From assembly GCA_045637825.1 (NCBI GenBank), contig JAZUAD010000005.1:3198-67197 (forward strand): DNA of 64,000 nucleotides. The letters run 5' to 3'. The notes beneath the pieces are model-generated. The model searched no databases, was not told where the DNA came from, and worked only from the letters and a program-made list of their open reading frames with translations. Source of the DNA: Candidatus Onthoplasma sp. (lineage in GTDB: Bacteria > Bacillota > Clostridia > Christensenellales > UBA1242). A program made the translations under genes and the position numbers. Below are positions 9,309 to 18,088 of the stretch, in pieces; the first letter of the stretch is position 1; each line of letters opens with the position of its first letter.

Positions 9309-10828
9309 TTTGATTTTTTAATAAATTGCTTAAAGTCTGTTAATGTTTGTTTAAATTGTTTGTTAGGTAAATATGCAATAACAAGTAAAATTAAACAAAG
9401 CGGGGCACATACTGTAAATTTGGCTAACATCAACCAAATTCCACCATCTGGTATAAAATAACAAGTAAGGTAACAAACAGCACCAACCCCTAGCATTACG
9501 ATAACATCAATTAAATATTGTTTAAAGTAGGACCAAAGTCTCTTTTTAAAATAGTGTTTGTATACAACTTTTGGTTCTACCCAAAATGGAGCAAGTATAG
9601 TACTAATAATAGTACCTAAAATTATACCATTTAATCCCATAAATATCCCAAGAACTATAGAAGCGACAAGATTTATCATTGCTTCGAATACGGGTTTTAG
9701 TTGGTCTTGTTTGAATAAACCAGCAGATTCTTTAACCATGTTTGTGCCTGCACGCATTCGATTAAGATAAAAACTAATACATAGAAGAACAACGCTAGAA
9801 AAATCAAGTAAGTATTCTCTATTACCTGTCCAAACCTGTATAAATGGTTGGAATAATACAAACATACAAATGGTGCAAAATGATGACATAAATGAAAATA
9901 TTAGGTTTATTTGCTTGTATTTTTGATACACGTATTCGCTATCTTTTGTGGCAATTAAATTCCCAATACTGCCACTTAAAGAATTTGAAACAATAACAAA
10001 GATAGCAATTAAGGACGATATTATTAAATAATAGTTTGAATAAGCGCCTAACACTGCAAGGCCTAACATAGCAGATATTAAAATGTTGTCGGTGGAAAAC
10101 ACTGCTACGCCACCAATTTTGTGCAAACTTAACGCTGTTACATTTTGGGTGATTTGTTTTTTAGTATGTTTATCCAAAGGGATTGCATTGCCATTAATTT
10201 TAGGATACAACTTATTGGTTGTTAAATATATTAACACACATTCAAGTATTGAGAATAGTATATTAATAATAAAGAAAATATAATAGTTTTTAAATATTAA
10301 CAAAACAGCAATTTGGAATATGGTCATACCAAACAAACTTAGTGTTTTAATTTTGTTTTCAACATCATTTCGTTGATGTGCAAACAATAACGAACGTTTG
10401 TGCGCGCAAATGTAACCTATCAATGTGTTTATTAAATACAATACATATAAGATGTGTATGTTTACGCTTACCGACACATCACCTTGTATAAGCCACTTTA
10501 GGCAAGGTAGGATAATTAGTCCTAAAACTATAACAATTAAAGATATGATTGAATAAAAATTTTTGTACAATTGTTGTAAGGTTTTTACCTTTTCGGTATC
10601 ACCCTCTGCTATAGGTTTATACATACTAAACACAATGGCACTACCTACACCTAATTCGGCCAAATTTAGGAAAGCAAAGATATTAGTAAACAGACCATTT
10701 AGTCCTAAATATTCTGCACCCATAGTATAGATTAATACAGTGCGTAAAACAAACTGCAACACTAATTGTGTTACAAACCTAAGAATATTAAACGTTAAAT
10801 TACGCTTTATATTATCTGTTCGTGCCAT
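9305..10828 (-). CDS. Wzx-like polysaccharide flippase (MOP superfamily)
   Basis: 507 aa with about 12-14 hydrophobic segments. The N-terminus NLTFNILRFVTQLVLQFVLRTVLIYTMGAEYLGLNGLF is typical of O-unit/EPS flippases. Confidence 0.75.
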   Translation of the reverse strand: MARTDNIKRNLTFNILRFVTQLVLQFVLRTVLIYTMGAEYLGLNGLFTNIFAFLNLAELGVGSAIVFSMYKPIAEGDTEKVKTLQQLYKNFYSIISLIVIVLGLIILPCLKWLIQGDVSVSVNIHILYVLYLINTLIGYICAHKRSLLFAHQRNDVENKIKTLSLFGMTIFQIAVLLIFKNYYIFFIINILFSILECVLIYLTTNKLYPKINGNAIPLDKHTKKQITQNVTALSLHKIGGVAVFSTDNILISAMLGLAVLGAYSNYYLIISSLIAIFVIVSNSLSGSIGNLIATKDSEYVYQKYKQINLIFSFMSSFCTICMFVLFQPFIQVWTGNREYLLDFSSVVLLCISFYLNRMRAGTNMVKESAGLFKQDQLKPVFEAMINLVASIVLGIFMGLNGIILGTIISTILAPFWVEPKVVYKHYFKKRLWSYFKQYLIDVIVMLGVGAVCYLTCYFIPDGGIWLMLAKFTVCAPLCLILLVIAYLPNKQFKQTLTDFKQFIKKSK

Positions 10829-10837
10829 AATTTCCTT

Positions 10838-11761
10838 TTAGGGTTTAGATAATTTGATTTTTATGTAATATAAAAATAATTTAAGATTAGTGGGTGCGTA
10901 TAATAAATCTTGGTTTTGATTAAATAAAAGCTTTGCTTTAATTAAATCGCTTTTTGACAAGAACTTGCTTGTGTAAATAGTATAAATATAACCGATCATT
11001 AAATATTTTAGTAATTGTTTTTGCTGTTTTGGAATAAAACCTGATGATAAAACTATGTTTTTAACACGCCTATAATTATTGATTTGTGCTTTGATGCCTT
11101 CCAATGAAATATTATGGGTTGCCGAAGAACTTCTATTTACATAAATGTAATAAGCAACATCAATTAACATATATTTAGAAGATTTAAACAATAATTGATT
11201 TGACCAAGCAAAATCCTCGCTTTTGATTTCATTAGGGAATAATATGTTATTGCTTTTAATAAAGCTTGATTTTATAATTTTGGTACAACAACTAACCGAT
11301 ACATCTTTTTTTATAATTTCAAATAGGTCTTTAAATTGTTTAGGATTAAATAATTGAGCGTTAAATTTGTTGATAAATTTATTATCTTTAATCAATCCAG
11401 AAGAAAAGATTTCTACTGAAGGGTATTTATAAATGTAATCAAAAATTTTAGAAAACTTTTCTGTGACATAATCATCACTATCGCAAAAGGTTATATATTT
11501 ACCTTTGGCATTTTCGATTCCCATATTGCGGGCTGAGGAAACTCCGCCATTTTGTTTATGTATAGTTTTTACAACACTATATTTATTGCTTAAATTATCA
11601 CAAATTTCAGGACATTTATCTGGGCTACCGTCATCAATTAACAATATTTCAATGTTGTTTATATAGTTTTTGCAAGCATTAATTAAACTATCAACGCATT
11701 TAGTTAAGTGGTTTTCAACTTTATATACCGGAACAATTATAGATAATAAAATTTTATTCAT
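10838..11761 (-). CDS. Family 2 glycosyltransferase
   Basis: LSIIVPVYKVENHL...LLIDDGSPD...CDSDD, the GT2 (GT-A, DxD) pattern. Confidence 0.8.
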   Translation of the reverse strand: MNKILLSIIVPVYKVENHLTKCVDSLINACKNYINNIEILLIDDGSPDKCPEICDNLSNKYSVVKTIHKQNGGVSSARNMGIENAKGKYITFCDSDDYVTEKFSKIFDYIYKYPSVEIFSSGLIKDNKFINKFNAQLFNPKQFKDLFEIIKKDVSVSCCTKIIKSSFIKSNNILFPNEIKSEDFAWSNQLLFKSSKYMLIDVAYYIYVNRSSSATHNISLEGIKAQINNYRRVKNIVLSSGFIPKQQKQLLKYLMIGYIYTIYTSKFLSKSDLIKAKLLFNQNQDLLYAPTNLKLFLYYIKIKLSKP

Positions 11762-12650
11762 GCTGTTTTTTATATCTCCTTTTTTTGTGTAAATATATAA
11801 ACCATGAAGGAATAAAGGTTAAAATGTATATAAATTTTGATGAGATTTGCTTAAATTGTTCTTTTATTTTTATATTTGCAGTCAAAGAATAGATTGTGTA
11901 CGCCATAGTGTATTTAATTCTTGGTTTTAGTTTGGTTTGTTTAGAACTCATATTTAGGTAACAAGCACTGGCACCATGGGGATTATTAAACAACAATTTG
12001 TGTATATTTGCCGACAAACCATCATCAACATACTCACAAACATATAGTCCTTTGTTGATAAATTTCATTTTATATTTCATAGATATTTTACACCACACAA
12101 CACTTTCACTAATAAATTTTTCGCCATCAAATGTAGGGAAGGGGTATTGTTTTAAAATACGACTTTTAAATATTTCACATTTATCGCCATAAGTGTTTTT
12201 ATTTATACGTTGATTAGTAAAAAAGTCTATAATTTCATCTTTGGTATAATGGGCGCCAATTACTTTGAATTGTTTGTTTAATTTTAAATATCCTAAGCCA
12301 CAAATTGTGTCATCATTTTTAATGGACATATAATCATTTAATATAGTTTCGGTAGCATTTTCTACCAGAGTATCGTCGCTATCTAATATTAAGATTAATT
12401 CTTCTTCAATTAAGGGATAGGCGTAATTAAGGGCGGTATGTTTTCCACCGTTTGTTTTTTTATGATATACGATTTTAAACGAAGCATTGTTTATAAAATT
12501 TTGAACAACTTGAGTGGTGTTGTCTGTAGATCCATCGTCAATTATATACCAAATAAAATCTTTATTAAATTGTTTTTCTAAAGATAAATATGCTTTTTTA
12601 AGCAAATTTTCTCTATTATAGGTAGGGGTTATAATTGCTAAAGTTTTCAT
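11754..12650 (-). CDS. Family 2 glycosyltransferase
   Basis: AIITPTYNRENLL...WYIIDDGSTDNT...LDSDD. It overlaps the downstream GT2 gene by 8 nt, suggesting an operon. Confidence 0.8.
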   Translation of the reverse strand: MKTLAIITPTYNRENLLKKAYLSLEKQFNKDFIWYIIDDGSTDNTTQVVQNFINNASFKIVYHKKTNGGKHTALNYAYPLIEEELILILDSDDTLVENATETILNDYMSIKNDDTICGLGYLKLNKQFKVIGAHYTKDEIIDFFTNQRINKNTYGDKCEIFKSRILKQYPFPTFDGEKFISESVVWCKISMKYKMKFINKGLYVCEYVDDGLSANIHKLLFNNPHGASACYLNMSSKQTKLKPRIKYTMAYTIYSLTANIKIKEQFKQISSKFIYILTFIPSWFIYLHKKRRYKKQHE

Positions 12651-12661
12651 TAAATCTCCAA

Positions 12662-13375
12662 TTAATGTTTGAGTTTATTATAAAATTTGCCGGCCAGTCC
12701 AAAAGTTAAAGTATTTAAAATCTTTTTAAGTCTGTTTTTAAATTTTTGTTTTGATGTATACCAAGAAGAATTGTACCAATGGATTGAATAAGTTGTTGGG
12801 GTTATATGTTTTTTATTGGTGATAACATCTATAGGGGCAAAATAGTTGGAAGAATAAAAAGTTGTGGTATTAATTTTTTGGGTTATATTTTCAGGTTTTA
12901 AGCCTTTTTGTTTAAAGTATTCGGTAAAAATTTTACATATAGTCAAGGTGTGTAAATTGTTTGCATCAAATTTTAAATTTTTATAAATGTTTAAAATATT
13001 TAATAAATCATTATTGTGTTTAACAGAACCCATTATTAACCCAGGTGCTAATAGATTAGAGGTTTCAAAACCCATAAAGCAGTCGTTACGTAAAAAGATA
13101 TCAATAGGTTTTAATAGTTCAACATCAATATCTAAATATATTCCACCATAATTATACAATATATCTGTACGTAATACGTCTGATGCAAAAGCGTACTTTT
13201 TATTCTCAACTGCGTCTTTTACAAATTGATATTTGTCAAGGTTAAGATTAGTTTCGTCCCAACGAATAACTTCATAATCGGGGCAAAATTTGTGCCAACT
13301 TGCTATACATTTTTTTGCAACAGAAGGCAACTCTTTTCCGCCCAGCCATATATAGTGAATAACTTTTGGTATCAT
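12662..13375 (-). CDS. GT32-like glycosyltransferase (DXD sugar-binding region)
   Basis: I moved the start to the internal ATG (13375) behind the SD aaagga. Sequence IPKVIHYIWLGGKELP...ASDVLRTDILYNYGGIYLDIDVE. Confidence 0.7.
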   Translation of the reverse strand: MIPKVIHYIWLGGKELPSVAKKCIASWHKFCPDYEVIRWDETNLNLDKYQFVKDAVENKKYAFASDVLRTDILYNYGGIYLDIDVELLKPIDIFLRNDCFMGFETSNLLAPGLIMGSVKHNNDLLNILNIYKNLKFDANNLHTLTICKIFTEYFKQKGLKPENITQKINTTTFYSSNYFAPIDVITNKKHITPTTYSIHWYNSSWYTSKQKFKNRLKKILNTLTFGLAGKFYNKLKH

Positions 13376-13618
13376 AAGTATTTCCTTTAGTAAAAATATA
13401 TCATATTTAGGTGTATAAATCAAACAATTAAATCATATCGCTATTAAAAAAACCACAATTAGATATTGTTTGTGACTAATATGTTGATAAGTAAAGCAAT
13501 AATTTACAAATTATTTGTAAAAAATGTTAACAATCTATTTACTTTTTACCAAATAAAGTTTATAATTAATACTACAAAGATTTACATAAGATGTAAATAA
13601 TGGTATTTAAGGAGAATT

Positions 13619-15277
13619 ATGGAAATTACACCTACTAATTTTATAGAACAAGCAATAGTTAATGATATTAAGGAAGGTAAGGTGTTGGGCGCAATTCAAA
13701 CTAGACACCCACCTGAACCAAGCGGATATTTGCACATTGGACACGTGCGAAATATTGTGTTAAATTATGGCACAGCGTTAAAATTTGGCGGTGTGTGTAA
13801 CTTGCGTTATGATGACACTAATCCGCTAAAGGAAAAACAAGAATTTGTTGATGCATTACAAGAAGATGTTATATGGTTAGGATATAAATGGGCAAACATT
13901 TTTTATGCAACTGATTATTTTCAACAAAATTATGAAATTGCGGTAAAACTTATTAAGGAAGGCAAGGCGTATGTTTGTGATTTAAGTCCAGAAGAACTAT
14001 CTAAAACTCGTGGTACATTAACCGAACCTGGAACTAACAGTCCTTATCGTGACCGTAGTGTTGAGGAAAACCTTGAATTATTTGAACGTATGAAAAATGG
14101 TGAGTTTGAAATGGGAACTCGTTGTTTGCGTGCTAAGATAGATATGGCTGCGTCAAATATCAATATGCGTGACCCTGTTATTTATCGTATTCAATATTTA
14201 GAACATCAACGTATTGGTCGTAGTTGGAATATTTACCCTACATACGATTTTTCACACCCACTTGATGATGCTCTTGAAGGTGTAACACACTCAATTTGTG
14301 GACTTGAGTTTGAGGACCATCGCCCACTATATAACTGGGTGGTTGAAAATAGTGGTTTGGCAAATCGTCCACGTCAAATAGAGTACTCAAACCTATTAAT
14401 AAAAAACTCTGTATCAGGGAAGCGTAATATTAAAAAATTGGTTGAAGATGGCATTGTTTGTGGTTTTGATGACCCAAGACTATATACTTTGCGAGGACTA
14501 CGTCGTCGTGGCGTGTTGCCAGAAAGTTTGATTGATTTTGTTAAGGCAGCAGGTTTTTCTAAATCAACTACAATTTGTGAACGTAGTATGTTGGAATATT
14601 TTATCCGTAACACCTTAAACGAAAAGGCAATGCGTGTTATGGCTGTGCTTGACCCTATCAAGTTGATAATTACTAACTATAATGGCGAGGAAGATATCGA
14701 ACTTGAAGATTATCCTCAAAAGGAAGAAACTACTAAACGTAATTATAAGTTTGGTCGTGAATTATTAATTGAACGTGGCGACTTTGAAGTTACTCCGCCA
14801 CCTAAATATCATAGATTGTATGTTGGTAATAGCGTAAGACTAAAAGGTGCTTATGTTATTAAATGTACTGGCTATGATTTGAACGAAGATGGAAGTGTTA
14901 AGTGCGTGTATGCTGAGTACGACCCAGAAACCAAGTCTGGCGGTACTAGCACAGTTAAGGTTAAGGGGACAATTCATTGGCTAAATGAAAAATATGCAAC
15001 ACCTTGCGAAGTTAGAAACTATGAAAACTTATTGGCGGAAGAAGATGAGGGTTCAACTAACGAACGTGCTATTGTAAATGAGTATAAGATTAATCCAAAT
15101 TCAATCAATGTAATAAAAGCCTTTGTTGAAAGTGGAATAGATTATAACTTAGATGATAGATATCAATTTATCCGTAATGGTTTTTATTGCCTAGACAATA
15201 AGGATAGTAAGGCGGACGCTTTAGTGTTTAACCGAGTGGTTGACCTAAAAGGTAGTTACAAGCCACAAGCAAATTAA
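13619..15277 (+). CDS. glnS: Glutaminyl-tRNA synthetase
   Basis: NFIEQAIVNDIKEGK...TRHPPEPSGYLHIGHVRNIVLNYG...CNLRYDDTNP is collinear with my recall of E. coli GlnRS (NFIRQIID...FPPEPNGYLHIGHAKS...CNLRFDDTNP). Confidence 0.9.
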   Translation: MEITPTNFIEQAIVNDIKEGKVLGAIQTRHPPEPSGYLHIGHVRNIVLNYGTALKFGGVCNLRYDDTNPLKEKQEFVDALQEDVIWLGYKWANIFYATDYFQQNYEIAVKLIKEGKAYVCDLSPEELSKTRGTLTEPGTNSPYRDRSVEENLELFERMKNGEFEMGTRCLRAKIDMAASNINMRDPVIYRIQYLEHQRIGRSWNIYPTYDFSHPLDDALEGVTHSICGLEFEDHRPLYNWVVENSGLANRPRQIEYSNLLIKNSVSGKRNIKKLVEDGIVCGFDDPRLYTLRGLRRRGVLPESLIDFVKAAGFSKSTTICERSMLEYFIRNTLNEKAMRVMAVLDPIKLIITNYNGEEDIELEDYPQKEETTKRNYKFGRELLIERGDFEVTPPPKYHRLYVGNSVRLKGAYVIKCTGYDLNEDGSVKCVYAEYDPETKSGGTSTVKVKGTIHWLNEKYATPCEVRNYENLLAEEDEGSTNERAIVNEYKINPNSINVIKAFVESGIDYNLDDRYQFIRNGFYCLDNKDSKADALVFNRVVDLKGSYKPQAN

Positions 15278-15299
15278 GGTTGTTTGAAGGAGAAAAGTT

Positions 15300-15818
15300 A
15301 TGGAAATAAAAACTAAATATCGTTCTCGTTATTCTGGGGCTCAATTTGTTTACCTAGACCAAAATATGGAAAAAATTAAAAATCCTAATGATGTATACGC
15401 TATTTCAACAGCAAGAAATAAATCAGGAATATTTGTTTCTGCCAATATGCAAGATGGTAAAAATTTGCAACTTACAAAACCTATGTCTCAAATTAGCTAT
15501 CCGCAAGAACCTATTGTTCCTATATATTTTCTTTTAGGGCGTGATTATTGGACAGATTTTGGCGCAATAGTTAATAGTGTGGCAATTAATAAAAAACATT
15601 TGACTGGATTAGCTTATATAGACTTAAGTATTAATGATCCTAAATCTAGAAGGGTGGAGGTAACCGCATATTTTGATGATGGTAGAAAATTGGTTTTGAT
15701 GCGACCATTGAAAAAACTTTTCTTTAAAAAGTTTAAATTTGAAATGGAACAAACGTTTGGTATACAATTTGAAGATATAACCGAAGAAGTAAAACAACAA
15801 AATGAATTAAATCAATAA
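15300..15818 (+). CDS. Hypothetical protein (172 aa)
   Basis: SD aaggag precedes the start. The gene is tightly packed between glnS and alaS. I recognise no motif. Confidence 0.55.
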   Translation: MEIKTKYRSRYSGAQFVYLDQNMEKIKNPNDVYAISTARNKSGIFVSANMQDGKNLQLTKPMSQISYPQEPIVPIYFLLGRDYWTDFGAIVNSVAINKKHLTGLAYIDLSINDPKSRRVEVTAYFDDGRKLVLMRPLKKLFFKKFKFEMEQTFGIQFEDITEEVKQQNELNQ

Positions 15819-15845
15819 TTATTGATAAAAAATAAAGGAAAAATT

Positions 15846-17672
15846 ATGAAATTTGATAGTAAAACATTAAGAGAAACTTGGTTAAAGTTTTATGAAAGTA
15901 AAGGTCACGTAAATATTGGTGCGGTGTCATTAATTGGTGATGGAACTACCGGTGTTATGTTTAACGTTGCGGGTATGCAACCACTTATGCCATATTTGCT
16001 TGGCGAAAAGCACCCTAAGGGTACAAGACTTTGTAATATTCAAGGTTGTGTGCGTACTATTGACATCGATAGCGTTGGAGATGAAAGTCACTTTACTTTC
16101 TTTGAAATGATGGGTAACTGGAGTTTGGGCGATTATTTTAAAAAGGAAAAAACCGCTTGGACTTTTGAGTTGTTGACTGAAAAACTTGGTTTTGACAAGG
16201 ATAAGATTTGTGCATCAGTATTTGCTGGGGACGAGACCGCACCAAGAGATGAAGAAACTGCAGAGTTATTATTAAATTTAGGTATAAGTAAGGAAAATAT
16301 TTTCTTCTTGCCTAAAAAAGATAACTGGTGGGAACTTGAAGGTACAACTGGTACACCTTGTGGACCTGATAACGAGTGGTTCTATCCACGTAACGACAAC
16401 AAGTGTAGTGAAAATTGCGATATTACTTGTGATTGTGGTCGTTATGTTGAAATTGGTAACGACGTATATATGCAATATGAAAAAACTGCCGATGGTTACA
16501 AGCCACTAAGCAATAAAAACGTAGATACAGGTTTTGGATTTGAACGTTTACTTATGTTCCTAAACGGACTAACCGATGGTTACAAAATCGACATATTTAA
16601 GGGTGTGATTGCTATACTAGAAAATGCTAGTGGCGTAAAGTATGGCGAAGACGTTGAAAGCACTAAGGATATGCGTATTATTGCTGACCACTTGCGTACT
16701 GCAACTATGCTTATTGGTGACATTAATGGAATATTGCCTAGCAACGTTGGTGCAGGATATATTTTAAGACGTTTAATGCGTCGTGCAATCCGTTATGCAC
16801 GTAAACTTAATGTTGGTGCTGAAAGTTTGCTAGCAATCGTTAAAGAATATATCGAAAATATTTATGGCGAAGCATATCCATTACTAGTTGAAAAAGAAGA
16901 GTATATTGTTAGTGAAGTAAATAAGGAAATTGAAAAGTTCAACAAAACTATTGAAGCGGGAACTAAGGAATTTGAAAAAGTTGTTAATGGAATTAATCGT
17001 AAAAATCAATTTATGAAGATGACTAATGATAACTATGTGGAAGAAACTGAAATTAGTGGTAAGTCTGCATTTAGATTGTTTGATACTTTTGGTTTCCCAC
17101 TTGAAATGACTATTGAAATGGCTACAGAAATCGGTTTTACAGTTGATAAGGCGGGTTATGAGGAGGCGTTTAAGGCGCACCAAGAACTTGCTCGTAGTGT
17201 AAGTGCTGGCGTCTTTAAGGGTGGTCTTGCTGATGATAGTATTGAATGTACGCGTTATCATACCGCAGCACACTTATTACTTGCAGGTCTTCGTAAAATG
17301 TTTGGAGACACTGTTCACCAAAAGGGTAGCAATATCACTCAAGAACGTTTACGTTTTGACGTAAGTTTGGACAGAAAGTTGACCGATGAAGAAGTTGTAG
17401 AACTTGAAAAGTTTATTAACGATGCAATCAAAGCTGAAATTCCTGTAACTAAGGAAGTTATGCCATTACAACAAGCGTTTGACAGCGGTGCATTGGGCGA
17501 CTTTGGTGCTAAATATGGCGACGAGGTTAGCGTGTATACTATTGGAAATGTTTCTAAGGAAATTTGTGGAGGGCCACACGTAACTAACACCAAAGAACTT
17601 GGCATATTTAAAGTGTCTAAACAAGAGGCAAGTTCAGCTGGCGTACGTAGATTTAAAGCAAAATTAAATTAA
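15846..17672 (+). CDS. alaS: Alanyl-tRNA synthetase, short form (catalytic, tRNA-recognition and editing domains; no C-Ala domain)
   Basis: I placed the start at the ATG at 15846, behind aaagga. Class II AlaRS core (FNVAGMQPLMPYLLG, FFEMMGNWSLGDYFK, GFGFERL). Editing-domain motifs HTAAHLL and CGGPHV. The protein ends just after GVRRFKA. Confidence 0.85.
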   Translation: MKFDSKTLRETWLKFYESKGHVNIGAVSLIGDGTTGVMFNVAGMQPLMPYLLGEKHPKGTRLCNIQGCVRTIDIDSVGDESHFTFFEMMGNWSLGDYFKKEKTAWTFELLTEKLGFDKDKICASVFAGDETAPRDEETAELLLNLGISKENIFFLPKKDNWWELEGTTGTPCGPDNEWFYPRNDNKCSENCDITCDCGRYVEIGNDVYMQYEKTADGYKPLSNKNVDTGFGFERLLMFLNGLTDGYKIDIFKGVIAILENASGVKYGEDVESTKDMRIIADHLRTATMLIGDINGILPSNVGAGYILRRLMRRAIRYARKLNVGAESLLAIVKEYIENIYGEAYPLLVEKEEYIVSEVNKEIEKFNKTIEAGTKEFEKVVNGINRKNQFMKMTNDNYVEETEISGKSAFRLFDTFGFPLEMTIEMATEIGFTVDKAGYEEAFKAHQELARSVSAGVFKGGLADDSIECTRYHTAAHLLLAGLRKMFGDTVHQKGSNITQERLRFDVSLDRKLTDEEVVELEKFINDAIKAEIPVTKEVMPLQQAFDSGALGDFGAKYGDEVSVYTIGNVSKEICGGPHVTNTKELGIFKVSKQEASSAGVRRFKAKLN

Positions 17673-17694
17673 TTATATAAGGGTGGATATAAGT

Positions 17695-18033
17695 ATGAGA
17701 TATGAAATGAGATTAAATAAATTACCTTTTGAGCAAATGGTTGAGGGTAAAAAATCGCTTGAAGTAAGATTAAATGATGCTAAGCGTAAATTAATCGCAA
17801 AGGGCGATGAGATTTTGTTTGTTAATCGTGATAATCCTAATCAAACTATTATTAAAAAGGTTGTCGATTTGCGACTATATAGTTCTTTTGCAGAAATGGC
17901 TAATAACGAAAATTGTGTGTTGGCTGGTTTTGATAAGGGTTATACTGTTCAAAGCGTGATTTATACATATCATACATATTATGCGCCTGAAGAAGAACAA
18001 AAATTTGGTGTTCTTGTAATTGAATTAAATTAA
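17695..18033 (+). CDS. ASCH-domain protein
   Basis: I placed the start at the ATG at 17695, behind aagggtgga. MRLNKLPFEQMVEGKKSLEVRLNDAKR...GDEILF resembles ASCH/PUA-like folds. Confidence 0.55.
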   Translation: MRYEMRLNKLPFEQMVEGKKSLEVRLNDAKRKLIAKGDEILFVNRDNPNQTIIKKVVDLRLYSSFAEMANNENCVLAGFDKGYTVQSVIYTYHTYYAPEEEQKFGVLVIELN

Positions 18034-18040
18034 AAAATAA

Positions 18041-18068
18041 AACTCTACACAAAATGTAGAGTTTTTTT
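18041..18068. terminator. Bidirectional intrinsic terminator (ASCH gene + / ThyX-like gene -)
   Basis: Stem aactctaca (18041-18049) / tgtagagtt (18055-18063), with an A-run upstream and a T-run downstream. Confidence 0.8.
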
Positions 18069-18088
18069 GATGTTCAAAATAAATTTAA

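Noticed and set aside
9123-9461. 112-aa + strand ORF spanning the rpsR 3' end, the terminator and the flippase 3' end.
   Set aside because: It overlaps two well-supported genes and a terminator hairpin, and has no SD.
13424-13618. T-box riboswitch expected upstream of aminoacyl-tRNA synthetase genes (glnS here; alaS at 15819-15845).
   Set aside because: The glnS upstream region is under 200 nt and almost purely A/T, with no specifier stem, no T-box sequence and no terminator/antiterminator pair. alaS has only about 25 nt of spacer.
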